Assembly: GCA_042216015.1 (NCBI GenBank)
Contig: JBDGUI010000004.1
Span: forward strand, 1 to 35,292
Direction: 5' to 3'
Source of the DNA: Halodesulfurarchaeum sp.
Lineage (GTDB): Archaea > Halobacteriota > Halobacteria > Halobacteriales > Halobacteriaceae
Length of the DNA: 35,292 bases
Position numbers and translations under genes: made by a program. A model generated the notes under the pieces. The model was not told the origin of the DNA and did no database searches. It saw nothing but the letters and a program-made list of their open reading frames with translations. Shown in pieces: positions 27,072 through 35,292 of this stretch (position 1 is the stretch's first letter; each line of letters starts with the position of its first letter).

Positions 27072-27691
27072 CGTGCCTCCGGGATCTCCCCGGGCTCGAT
27101 GTAGGGCAACTCGGCGGCCCGCTCGCGGACCGTCTCGAAGTTCGCCCGCATGACGGCGGTCGTGTCCCAGGTCCCCTCGGTGAGGGCACGCTGCTGGGAC
27201 TCGTCGATATCCACCTCGACGGTGGTCTCACCGTAGGTGACCCTCGCCTCGGTCACGTCGATCTCGATCTCGCCGTCGGGATTCGCCTCGATCCAGTCCT
27301 GGATCTCGGTCACCGTCTCGCCGTCCGCCGTGACCGTCGGCAGGCCGAGCGAAAGGCAGTTTCCGCGGAAAATCTCGGCGAAGGACTCCCCGATCAGCCC
27401 CTCGACGCCCCAGCGCATCAGCGCCTGTGGGGCGTGTTCGCGGGAGGATCCGGAGCCGAAGTTCTGGTTGACGGCCATGATCGAGGCCGTTCGGAACCGG
27501 TCGTCCTCGAGGGGGTGCGTGTCCGCCTCGACCCGCTGGTCGTAGAAGGCGTACTGACCAAGCCCCTCGAAGGTGACGACCTTCATGAAGCGGGCCGGCA
27601 GGATCTGGTCGGTGTCGATGTCGTTGCCGCGGATCGGGATCCCGGTGCCGCTGACGGCGGTCACGCGGGGGGCGGGTGGGTCCTCGCTCAT
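27068..27691 (-). CDS. leuD: 3-isopropylmalate dehydratase small subunit
   Basis: [33 protein letters not shown]. Confidence 0.97.
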   Translation of the reverse strand: MSEDPPAPRVTAVSGTGIPIRGNDIDTDQILPARFMKVVTFEGLGQYAFYDQRVEADTHPLEDDRFRTASIMAVNQNFGSGSSREHAPQALMRWGVEGLIGESFAEIFRGNCLSLGLPTVTADGETVTEIQDWIEANPDGEIEIDVTEARVTYGETTVEVDIDESQQRALTEGTWDTTAVMRANFETVRERAAELPYIEPGEIPEAR

Positions 27692-29100
27692 TCTGCCACC
27701 TCCAGGTCCCGAACGTCAGCAACTTCCCCCGCGATCGCCGCGGCGACGGTCATTACCGGGCTCATGAGGATCGTCCGCCCCTCCTTGCTGCCCTGTCGCC
27801 CGATGAAGTTCCGGTTGGTCGAGGAGGCCGAGACCTCGCCGTCACCGAGTCGATCGCCGTTCATGCCCAGACACATCGAACAGCCCGCCTCGCGCCACTC
27901 GAAGCCGGCCTCGCGGAAGACCTCGTCGAGGCCCTCCGCCTCTGCGGCGGCCTTTACCCGCTGGCTGCCGGGGACGGCGAGTGCCTTGACGTCCGGGTCG
28001 ACCTCGTGTCCCTCGAGCACCTCGGCGGCGGCCCGGAGGTCGGGGAGCCGGCCGTTGGTGCAGGAGCCGAGGAAGGCGACGTCGATTCCGTACCCCTCCA
28101 TGGTCTCTCCCGGTGAAACGTCCATGTGATCGTAGGCTCGCTCGGCCGCGTCTCGCTGGCCCTCGGGCAGGTCCTCTGGCGCGGGGATCGGCTCTGACAC
28201 GCCGACGACCTGCCCGGGGGTGATCCCCCAGGTGACCGACGGCTCGATGGTCGAGGCGTCGATCTCGACCACGTCGTCGTAGACGGCGTCGGGGTTCGAG
28301 CGGATCGACTCCCAGTAGACCTTGCGCTCCTCGAAGGCCTCGCCCTCGGGGACCGCGTCCCGGCCGCTCAGGTACTCGTAGGTGGTCTCGTCGGGGTTGA
28401 TGTAGCCCGCCGTCGCCCCGCCCTCGATCGACATGTTGGCGAGGGTCATGCGCTCCTCCATCGACATGTTCTCGACGACCGAGCCACCGTACTCGTAGAC
28501 GTAGCCGACGCCGCCGTCGGTACCGAGTTCGCGGATCAGGCCGAGGACGAGGTCCTTGACCGTGGCGTCCTCGCTCAATTCCCCCGTGATCTCGATCCGG
28601 CGGACGTCGTGTTTCTCCGCGGCGACCGAGCCGGTCGCGAGCACGTCCCGGATCTGGCTCGTCCCGATCCCGAAGGCCAGCGCGCCGAAGGCCCCGTGGG
28701 TGGCCGTGTGGCTGTCACCACAGACGATCGTCATGCCCGGCTGGGTGAGCCCCTGTTCCGGACCGACGACGTGGGCGATCCCCTGGTCGCCGGTCTCGGG
28801 GCCGGAGAAGGTGATTCCTGCCTGTGCGGTGTTCTCCTCGATGGCCGAGAGCATCTCCTCGGCGGCGTCGTCAGCGAGCGGTCGGGAGCGGTCCTCCGTC
28901 GGAATCACATGATCGACGGTCGCGTGGGTGCGCTCGGGGAAGGCGACCTTGAGGTCGCGCTCGCGGAGCATCCCGAAGGCCTGCGGGCTCGTGACCTCGT
29001 GGATCAGGTGCAGGCCCACGAACAGTTGGTCCTGACCCGTCGGGAGCGTCTCGACGAGGTGCTCGTTCCAGACGTGGTCGTACAGGGTCCCCTCACTCAT
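27688..29100 (-). CDS. leuC: 3-isopropylmalate dehydratase large subunit
   Basis: [41 protein letters not shown]. Confidence 0.98.
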   Translation of the reverse strand: MSEGTLYDHVWNEHLVETLPTGQDQLFVGLHLIHEVTSPQAFGMLRERDLKVAFPERTHATVDHVIPTEDRSRPLADDAAEEMLSAIEENTAQAGITFSGPETGDQGIAHVVGPEQGLTQPGMTIVCGDSHTATHGAFGALAFGIGTSQIRDVLATGSVAAEKHDVRRIEITGELSEDATVKDLVLGLIRELGTDGGVGYVYEYGGSVVENMSMEERMTLANMSIEGGATAGYINPDETTYEYLSGRDAVPEGEAFEERKVYWESIRSNPDAVYDDVVEIDASTIEPSVTWGITPGQVVGVSEPIPAPEDLPEGQRDAAERAYDHMDVSPGETMEGYGIDVAFLGSCTNGRLPDLRAAAEVLEGHEVDPDVKALAVPGSQRVKAAAEAEGLDEVFREAGFEWREAGCSMCLGMNGDRLGDGEVSASSTNRNFIGRQGSKEGRTILMSPVMTVAAAIAGEVADVRDLEVAE

Positions 29101-30103
29101 CGTCGGCCCACGCGAACATCGATCGCAGTCGTTCGCCGACGTCCTCGATCTCGTGGTTTCCCTCGGCGGCCCGCTGCTGGGTGTAGGCCGGTCGACCGGC
29201 CTGGTTCTCCGCGATCCACTCGCGGGCGAACTCGCCGTTCTGGATCTCCTCGAGGATCGCCTCCATGTTCGCCTTCACGTCCTCGTCGACGACCACGTCG
29301 CCGCGGGTGAGTCCGCCGTACTCGGCGGTGTCCGAGACGGAGTTCCACATCTCGCCGAGCCCACCCTCGTACATCAGATCGACGATGAGCTTGAGTTCGT
29401 TGAGGACCTCGAAGTAGGCCATCTCGGGGCTGTAGCCGTTCTCGGTGAGCGTCTCGTAGCCGGTCTTGACGAGGCTCGTGACCCCGCCACAGAGCACGGC
29501 CTGCTCGCCGAAGAGGTCCGATTCGGTCTCCTCCTGGAAGGAGGTCTCGATGACGCCGGCCCGGGCACAGCCGATGCCCTGTGCGTAGGCCAGTGCCTCC
29601 TCGAGCGCTTCGCCCGTGGCGTCCCGATGGATCGCGACCAGGGCCGGGGTTCCCTCGCCGGCCTCGTAGTTGCGCCGGACGAGGTGGCCGGGACTCTTCG
29701 GCGCGACCATCGTCACGTCGACGTCCTCCGGTGGCTCGATCTGGTTGTAATGGATGTTGAACCCGTGGGCAAACTGGAGGGTGTCCCCGGGCTCGAGTTC
29801 GGGCTCGATCTGCTCGTAGACCGCCGGCTGGACCGTATCGGGGACCAGCATCGAGACGACGTCGGCTTCGGCGGCCGCCTCGGTCGGCGTCACGACCCTG
29901 AGGCCGTCTTCTTCGGCTGCGGCCCGGGAGGACGAATCCTCCCGGAGGCCGACGACCACGTCGACCCCGCTGTCGGCGAGGTTCTGTGCGTGGGCGTGCC
30001 CCTGGCTCCCGTAGCCGAGGACGGCGACGGTCTTCGTTTCGATCTGGGAGCTGTCCGCGTCGTCGTCGTAGTATACCGGTCTGGTGAATTCGTCGTCTGT
30101 CAT
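29093..30103 (-). CDS. ilvC: Ketol-acid reductoisomerase
   Basis: [41 protein letters not shown]. Confidence 0.98.
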   Translation of the reverse strand: MTDDEFTRPVYYDDDADSSQIETKTVAVLGYGSQGHAHAQNLADSGVDVVVGLREDSSSRAAAEEDGLRVVTPTEAAAEADVVSMLVPDTVQPAVYEQIEPELEPGDTLQFAHGFNIHYNQIEPPEDVDVTMVAPKSPGHLVRRNYEAGEGTPALVAIHRDATGEALEEALAYAQGIGCARAGVIETSFQEETESDLFGEQAVLCGGVTSLVKTGYETLTENGYSPEMAYFEVLNELKLIVDLMYEGGLGEMWNSVSDTAEYGGLTRGDVVVDEDVKANMEAILEEIQNGEFAREWIAENQAGRPAYTQQRAAEGNHEIEDVGERLRSMFAWADDE

Positions 30104-30690
30104 GTTGTCGATTGCGTGCCGCTGGCGAGTGCGGCGGTGCCCGTGCGGGCGACCTCGTGTACGCCGAACTGTTCGAACGCCTCGATCGCAGCGTCGATCT
30201 CTGCCTCCGTGCCCGTCAACTGCACCGTGAGGATACCGTCATCGCCCTGGATCGCCTCTCCGTCGTACATCTCCGCGAGTGCGGAGACCCCGGCGGGATC
30301 GTCGCCGTGGACCTTGATGAGCGCGAGTTCGCGCTCGATTGCGCCCCTGACCTCCCGGACCGACCAGGCGTGAACCTCCTTTCTGAGCTGCCGTTTGGCC
30401 TGTTCGATGCCCGGCTCGTCCTCCTCGACCACGATGGTCATGCGGGCCTTGGACTCGTCGATGGTCGGGCCGACGGTCAAACTCTCGATGTTGAGCTGCC
30501 GCCGGGCGAAGAGCCCGGAGACGTTGGCCAGGACGCCGGGTTCGTGATCGACGAGTGCCGAGATCACGGCCCGACGCTCCTCGAGTTCGGCCTCCGTCTC
30601 CGGGTCGATGCGAATGCCCTGGGAATTCCGGCGGCCGGTGGGCATCTCCCGCTCCTCCGGAGCCGCCCCCTCCATTCGTTCCCCGGTCAT
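30100..30690 (-). CDS. ilvN: Acetolactate synthase small subunit
   Basis: ACT domain [46 protein letters not shown] 30690 overlaps the ilvB stop. Confidence 0.95.
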   Translation of the reverse strand: MTGERMEGAAPEEREMPTGRRNSQGIRIDPETEAELEERRAVISALVDHEPGVLANVSGLFARRQLNIESLTVGPTIDESKARMTIVVEEDEPGIEQAKRQLRKEVHAWSVREVRGAIERELALIKVHGDDPAGVSALAEMYDGEAIQGDDGILTVQLTGTEAEIDAAIEAFEQFGVHEVARTGTAALASGTQSTT

Positions 30691-32465
30691 AGGTGATCGG
30701 CCCCCAGGGCGAACTGCGCGTTGTTCCCACCGCTTGGCACCATCGGGTAGACGTCCGCCACGGGATCGACGTGGAAGTCGATCACCGAGGGGCCATCGTA
30801 CGCCAGGGCCTCGTCGATCGCGTCCGGCACCTCGTCGTAGCCCATCGCCCGCAGGCCCTGGGCCCCGTAGGCCTCCGCCAGGGTGGCGAAGTCGGGCCCC
30901 CAGTCCCACTTGCTCTCGTAGCGCCGCTCGTCGTAGAAGGCGTCCTGCCACTGCCGGATCATCCCGACGTAGCTGTTGTTCAGAATGGCGACGGTGATGT
31001 CCAGTTCCTCTCGCACCGCCGGTGCGATGGCCTGACTGGTCATCAGGAAGGAGCCATCGCCCTCGAAGGCGATGACCTGCTTCTCGGGGGCGGCCAGCTT
31101 GGCGCCCACTGCGGCCGGGGCGCCATAGCCCATGGTCCCCAGTCCGTTCGAGGAGACCCACGTTCGCGGCTCGGTGTAGGTCCAGTACTGGGCGGCCCAC
31201 ATCTGGTGCTGACCGACGCCGGTGGTGACGATCGCGTCGTCGGCCGCGGCCTCGTTCATCGCCTCGACCACGAACTGCGGCTTGAGGGGCTGGTCCTGTG
31301 GCGTCTCATAGCCCATCGGGTACTCGCTCTTCCACTCCTGGGTGCGGTCGTGCCAGGCCGCCGCCGGCGGTTTGCCCGGCATGGCCTCGTGCAACTGCGT
31401 CAGGACGGCCCCGGCGTCCCCGACGAGCGGATAATCGGCGTGGATGTTCTTCGAGATCTCGGCGGGATCGATGTCGACGTGGATGACCTCGGCCTCGGGC
31501 GCGAAGGTCTCGATACCCCCGGTCAAGCGGTCGTCGAAGCGGGTTCCCACCCCCAGAAGCACGTCACAGTGGCTCAAGGCCATGTTGGCATAGCCCGTGC
31601 CGTGCATGCCACCCATCTCCATTGCGAGTTCGTGGTCCTCGGGGAACGATCCCAGCCCGGGCATGGTCGTGACGACCGGGATGTCGTACTCCATCGCGAA
31701 CGCCCGGAGTTCCTCGCTCGCCTCGCCCTTGATCACGCCCCCGCCGGAGAGGATCAGTGGCCGGTTGGCGTTCGCGAGTGCCGCTGCGGCCTCGGCCACT
31801 GTCTCGGGATCGGCTTCCGGATCCGGCACCTGATAGGACGCGGGCGTCGTCGGTTCGGACGGCTCGACGTCGGTTTCCCCCTGTGTCACGTTCTTGGGCA
31901 GGTCGACGAGTGTCGGGCCCTGTCGCCCCTCCCTGGCCAGCGCCATGGCGGTCCCGACGTCGTCGCCGACCGAGTCCGGGTCGGTCGCGAAGATGTTGGC
32001 CTTGGTGATGGGGGCGGTGATCCCCATCGTGTTCGTCTCCTGAAAGGCGTCGTTGCCGACCATGTCCTGGGCGACCTGCCCGGTGAGGGAGACGACCGGG
32101 TCCGAATCCAGGTTGGCGTCGGCGATGCCCGTGACGAGGTTCGTCGCGCCCGGGCCGGAGGTGGTGATCGTGACGCCGGGGTCGCCGGAGACGATACCGA
32201 AGGCGTCGGCCGCGTGGGAGGCGCCCTGTTCGTGGGCCATCGAGACGTGGTGGATGTCCGAGTCGGCGAGGGCGTCGTAGACGGGCATGATCGCCCCGCC
32301 CTGAACGCCGAAGGTGATCTCGACGTCGGCCTTCTCGAGAGCAGCGACGACCGAGCGCGCTCCCGTGGTCTGTTCGTCCGATTCTTCGGTCTCCTCGTTC
32401 GAGGTCAGGTCCTGGGACGCTGTCGGCGGGTCCGTCTCTTCGGGTGTTGGCTGGGGTTTGCTCAT
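30687..32465 (-). CDS. ilvB: Acetolactate synthase large subunit
   Basis: HEQGASHAAD, TSGPGATN, DAFQE, GMHG, RFDDR, GVGQHQMW, ThDP motif GDGSF...LNN. Confidence 0.98.
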   Translation of the reverse strand: MSKPQPTPEETDPPTASQDLTSNEETEESDEQTTGARSVVAALEKADVEITFGVQGGAIMPVYDALADSDIHHVSMAHEQGASHAADAFGIVSGDPGVTITTSGPGATNLVTGIADANLDSDPVVSLTGQVAQDMVGNDAFQETNTMGITAPITKANIFATDPDSVGDDVGTAMALAREGRQGPTLVDLPKNVTQGETDVEPSEPTTPASYQVPDPEADPETVAEAAAALANANRPLILSGGGVIKGEASEELRAFAMEYDIPVVTTMPGLGSFPEDHELAMEMGGMHGTGYANMALSHCDVLLGVGTRFDDRLTGGIETFAPEAEVIHVDIDPAEISKNIHADYPLVGDAGAVLTQLHEAMPGKPPAAAWHDRTQEWKSEYPMGYETPQDQPLKPQFVVEAMNEAAADDAIVTTGVGQHQMWAAQYWTYTEPRTWVSSNGLGTMGYGAPAAVGAKLAAPEKQVIAFEGDGSFLMTSQAIAPAVREELDITVAILNNSYVGMIRQWQDAFYDERRYESKWDWGPDFATLAEAYGAQGLRAMGYDEVPDAIDEALAYDGPSVIDFHVDPVADVYPMVPSGGNNAQFALGADHL

Positions 32466-32833
32466 TGATTTCCGTGGGCGTGGTCGGTCAGTTTCGAATC
32501 GATGCCGTCCGTCCCGTTCGGCTGGCGTCCGTGAGTGACGGTTCCGGTCCGCCGAAGGAGACGATCGAGAGAAGGTGTTACTGGGGGCCCGGGGCCCCTA
32601 CGATCGCACCGCTGGCCACACACGCCCGCGGACTGAATCGCCTGCACACGTGGGCCATTGTATCCCCATAGTGGGATACGATCCGATTTATGCGTTCCGG
32701 TCGTTGCGGACCTGGGTCCCGCGTTTGTCGCCGGGATCGTCGGCCCGTCCCGACGGTGGCTCATGTCACGACCCCCATCGAGCTGGAGTCCAGTCATGCA
32801 TCGACCTCCCGTCGAAACGAAGACCTGACTCAT
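32462..32833 (-). CDS. 123-aa ORF bridging leuA and ilvB
   Basis: ATGA overlaps at both ends; low-complexity, non-acidic; no recognisable family. Confidence 0.35.
   Translation of the reverse strand: MSQVFVSTGGRCMTGLQLDGGRDMSHRRDGPTIPATNAGPRSATTGTHKSDRIPLWGYNGPRVQAIQSAGVCGQRCDRRGPGPPVTPSLDRLLRRTGTVTHGRQPNGTDGIDSKLTDHAHGNQ
32578..32658 (-). CDS. Candidate 26-aa ilvB leader peptide MAHVCRRFSPRACVASGAIVGAPGPQ
   Basis: ATG 28-34 nt after CATAAAT; ends in Ile-Val codons followed by a GGGGCC-CCG-GGCCCC hairpin and TAA. Confidence 0.45.
   Translation of the reverse strand: MAHVCRRFSPRACVASGAIVGAPGPQ
32660..32692 (-). promoter_or_regulatory. Internal promoter with 7-6-7 palindromic operator upstream of ilvB
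   Basis: TATA-like CATAAAT (32692-32686); GTATCCC-N6-GGGATAC (32660-32679). Confidence 0.55.
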
Positions 32834-34050
32834 GCCCTGGCCTCCGTGGATTGGGAGGCTCGGTCGACCCCAACGGCCGCCGCAAATCGGTGGAGATCCT
32901 CGACCGTGATGGTGTGCTTCTCCGCAGCCCGGTTTTTGACCCGCTCGGTGATCTCTCGTACCTCCTCGTCGGTCGGGGCGTAGCCCGCCTCCTCGAGGTG
33001 CTCGCGAACCGCGTTCTTCCCGGTGTGCTTGCCGAGGACGATCGCCCGCTGGGCGCCGACCATCTCGGGGGTCATGATTCCCGGTTCGAAGGTGTCGGCG
33101 TTCTCGATCACACCGGCGGCGTGGATGCCACTCTCGTGGGAGAAGGCGTTCTCCCCGACCACCGGCTTGTTCGGCGGGATCGGCACGCCCGATTTCTCCT
33201 CGATGATCGCCGCGATCTCGGAGATGCGGGTCGTGTCGATGCCGGTGTCGGCGCCGTAGATCGACTCCGCGGCCATCACGACCTCCTCGTAGGCGGCGTT
33301 GCCGGCCCGCTCGCCGATGCCGTTGACCGAGACCTGTGCCTGATCGGCCCCGGCCTCGATGCCGGCGATGGCGTTCGCGGTCGCCATCCCGAAGTCGTCA
33401 TGCGTGTGTACGTCGATCCGGGCATCGGTGTGCTGGCCGACAAAGCCGATCAGGTCCGCGAAGCGGGAGGGACTGGCGACCCCGGTCGTATCGGGGATGT
33501 TCACCCAGTCCACGTCGACCTCGTCGACGGCCTCGAGGACCTCGGCCAGGTAGTCCCGGTCGGTTCGCGTGGCGTCCATCGGCGAGAACATGACCTCCGC
33601 CCCGCCGGATTTGGCCTGTTCGACGGCCGCGACCGAGCGCGCCTTCACCTCCTCGCGGTTGGAGTGCATGGAGTCCTCGATCTGGACGTCACTGGTGCTC
33701 GCGAAGACGTGGATCATGTCCACCCCCGAGTCGATGGCGGCCTGGACGTCGGATTCGACCACCCGGGCGAGCCCCGCGACGGTCGTCTCCGTGTTTCGGG
33801 TGATCTCCCGAATGGCGTCGAATTCGGCGTCGCTGTTCGCCGGGAACCCCGCCTCGATGACGTGGGTTCCCATCTCGTCCAGCACCGTGGCTATCTCTCG
33901 CTTGTCCGCCCTCGAAAAGGAGGTACGCGGGGTCTGTTCGCCGTCACGTAGGGTCGTATCGAAGATCCGGACCGACTCGAACTCGCTACGTGTAGCTAAC
34001 GTGCCCTGGAAGAACTCGATCGCTCGAGCTTGCGCCGAGCGACTCCTCAC
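32830..34050 (-). CDS. leuA: LeuA-family 2-isopropylmalate (or citramalate) synthase, short form lacking the C-terminal regulatory domain; true start unresolved
   Basis: IFDTTLRDGEQ, IEAGFP, PDTTG, HTHDDFGMATAN, GIGERAGNA, HESGIH, LGKHTG; heads the ilv/leu operon; no in-frame ATG before the catalytic motif. Confidence 0.9.
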   Translation of the reverse strand: MRSRSAQARAIEFFQGTLATRSEFESVRIFDTTLRDGEQTPRTSFSRADKREIATVLDEMGTHVIEAGFPANSDAEFDAIREITRNTETTVAGLARVVESDVQAAIDSGVDMIHVFASTSDVQIEDSMHSNREEVKARSVAAVEQAKSGGAEVMFSPMDATRTDRDYLAEVLEAVDEVDVDWVNIPDTTGVASPSRFADLIGFVGQHTDARIDVHTHDDFGMATANAIAGIEAGADQAQVSVNGIGERAGNAAYEEVVMAAESIYGADTGIDTTRISEIAAIIEEKSGVPIPPNKPVVGENAFSHESGIHAAGVIENADTFEPGIMTPEMVGAQRAIVLGKHTGKNAVREHLEEAGYAPTDEEVREITERVKNRAAEKHTITVEDLHRFAAAVGVDRASQSTEARA

Positions 34051-34060
34051 TTCGTGTCAT
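33986..34060 (-). CDS. 24-aa uORF overlapping the leuA 5' end (MTRSEESLGASSSDRVLPGHVSYT)
   Basis: ATG lies 25-31 nt after CTTATCA (34091-34085), which has a purine-rich BRE-like stretch upstream; leuA is in the +1 frame relative to it. Confidence 0.6.
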   Translation of the reverse strand: MTRSEESLGASSSDRVLPGHVSYT

Positions 34061-34180
34061 CAAGTACCTCGAACGCCTTGCCGTTGATAAGTCTTCCTTT
34101 CGCCCTCGCCCCACCGTTCAGGTACCGACTCCAGGGGGGCTTCGATAGGTTCTTTCTCGGAGCGGCCACCTGTTTGGCGT

Positions 34181-34690
34181 ATGACCTGGATCGATCTGTT
34201 GATCGGGAGCAGTCTCGGCCAGCGACTGGTCATCGTCGGGACGGTGGTGGTCTATGGGTGGTTAGCCCTCCGGCGGCCAACGATAGCGCGGGACAGTGTG
34301 ACGGCTGGGATCCAGCAATTCGCGCGCCTCTTCACTCTCATCCTCGCAGCGCTCTTCCTGGCGCAAGCCATTGGCGTCCTGCTCCCACGGGAGGCAATCG
34401 CCGCTGCAATCGGAACGACCGCAGGGACACGGGGCATCATCTTTGCGGGGATACTCGGAGGATTCATTCCCGGTGGTCCCTATGCCGTCTATCCCATCGT
34501 CCGAAGTCTCAGCAGCCAGGGGGCTCCACTCGCCGCCCTCATCACGATGCTCGTCGGCTATGGGGCCATCGGTCTCTCTCGAATTCCCTATGGACTGGTG
34601 TTTTTCGACGAGCGCACGGTCGGACTCCGTCTTCTCATCGGCGTCGGGGGGACAGTTCTCACCGCGCTCGTCGCGGTGGTGGTGTTCTGA
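34181..34690 (+). CDS. Permease half-module (DUF318/COG0701 ArsP-like)
   Basis: Hydrophobic; LLPREAIAAAIG...AGILGGFIPGGPYAVYPIV..L...GA. Confidence 0.75.
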   Translation: MTWIDLLIGSSLGQRLVIVGTVVVYGWLALRRPTIARDSVTAGIQQFARLFTLILAALFLAQAIGVLLPREAIAAAIGTTAGTRGIIFAGILGGFIPGGPYAVYPIVRSLSSQGAPLAALITMLVGYGAIGLSRIPYGLVFFDERTVGLRLLIGVGGTVLTALVAVVVF

Positions 34691-34693
34691 CGG

Positions 34694-35236
34694 ATGGCCC
34701 GGTACGAGTATCTCATCGGCGGGTCGTTGGGCGAGCGACTGATCATCGGGCTCACAGTCGGCGTGTATGCATACCTGTTGCTCACCGATCCCGGCAAAGC
34801 CATGAGGAGCTTGCGGGGAGGGATCGAGATGTTCATCCGGCTGTTTACGCTGATTCTCGCCGCGCTGCTCCTGGCCAGTGCGCTCGGTGCCTTGCTTCCC
34901 GAGGAACTCGTCGTCCGTCATCTGGGGGAAGAGAGCGGTCCGGGTCGGGTCGTTGCGGCAGGCCTGTTGGGCGGGATGCTCCTCGGTGGGCCGTTCGCAA
35001 CGTATCCGATCATGGAACGCGTCTACGAACAGGGAGCAGGCTATCCCTCGCTGTTGGCGATGTACGTGGGGTACGGGCTGATCAGTGTCGGTCGGGTCCC
35101 GTACGGTCTCGTCATCTTCTCCCCCTCCATCGTCGGGTTGCGACTGGCGTTCGCCGTCAGCGTGACGGTTCTCGCCTCCCTCGGCATCTATCTCGTCTCG
35201 GCGGTCCGCTCATCGAGTGACGGTGTTTCTTCGTAG
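34694..35236 (+). CDS. Paralogous permease half-module (DUF318/COG0701 ArsP-like)
   Basis: LLPEELVVRHLGEESG...AGLLGGMLLGGPFATYPIM....GAG; clearly similar to the preceding gene. Confidence 0.75.
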   Translation: MARYEYLIGGSLGERLIIGLTVGVYAYLLLTDPGKAMRSLRGGIEMFIRLFTLILAALLLASALGALLPEELVVRHLGEESGPGRVVAAGLLGGMLLGGPFATYPIMERVYEQGAGYPSLLAMYVGYGLISVGRVPYGLVIFSPSIVGLRLAFAVSVTVLASLGIYLVSAVRSSSDGVSS

Positions 35237-35292
35237 TTCTCACTCCTTTCCTCACCGATCGCATTCACCATCCGGTGTTTGATGACACACGA

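Noticed and set aside
30691..31200. N-terminal extension of IlvN
   Set aside because: Off-frame overlap with ilvB; the ATG at 30690 gives the normal coupled start.
29153..33951. Long plus-strand ORFs (406, 591, 458 aa)
   Set aside because: Antisense shadows of ilvC, ilvN, ilvB and leuA.
34030..35220. 396-aa Arg-rich ORF over the permease pair
   Set aside because: Alternative-frame reading; composition unlike halophile proteins.
1..35292. CRISPR arrays, rRNA/tRNA, transposases, integrases
   Set aside because: None recognised by eye; short or degenerate elements could have been missed.

Overview
GC-rich archaeal DNA, almost certainly haloarchaeal (acidic proteins, TATA boxes ~25-30 nt before leaderless starts, many ATGA gene overlaps). 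The left part (~1-10.5 kb) looks accessory and partly decayed. It holds an RHH/RelE toxin-antitoxin pair with a frameshifted toxin start, a membrane-gene/kinase junction that looks like a deletion scar, a PAS-PAS-LOV(Cys->Pro) histidine kinase, two paralogous APC permease-USP fusions around an Lrp/AsnC-RCK_C regulator, and a DUF2892 pseudogene. The middle holds a 5-PAS kinase, small genes, tspO, a frameshifted MFS gene, a rhodanese-MBL/YeeE/YeeE sulfur module and a COG1361/ABC exporter. The right part is core: thrB, nikR with an operator and a Ni/Co ECF transporter, the leuA-ilvBNC-leuCDB operon, and two paralogous permease halves. The most interesting signals are translational. (i) leuA has no ATG of its own: the promoter-proximal ATG opens a 24-aa out-of-frame uORF containing GTT-CTT-C, a candidate Leu-sensing +1 frameshift or uORF switch. 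(ii) An internal promoter, operator, leader peptide and GC hairpin precede ilvB. (iii) Unannotated micro-ORFs repeatedly bridge neighbouring genes by stop/start overlaps. All calls come from motif recognition only; no database searches were run.
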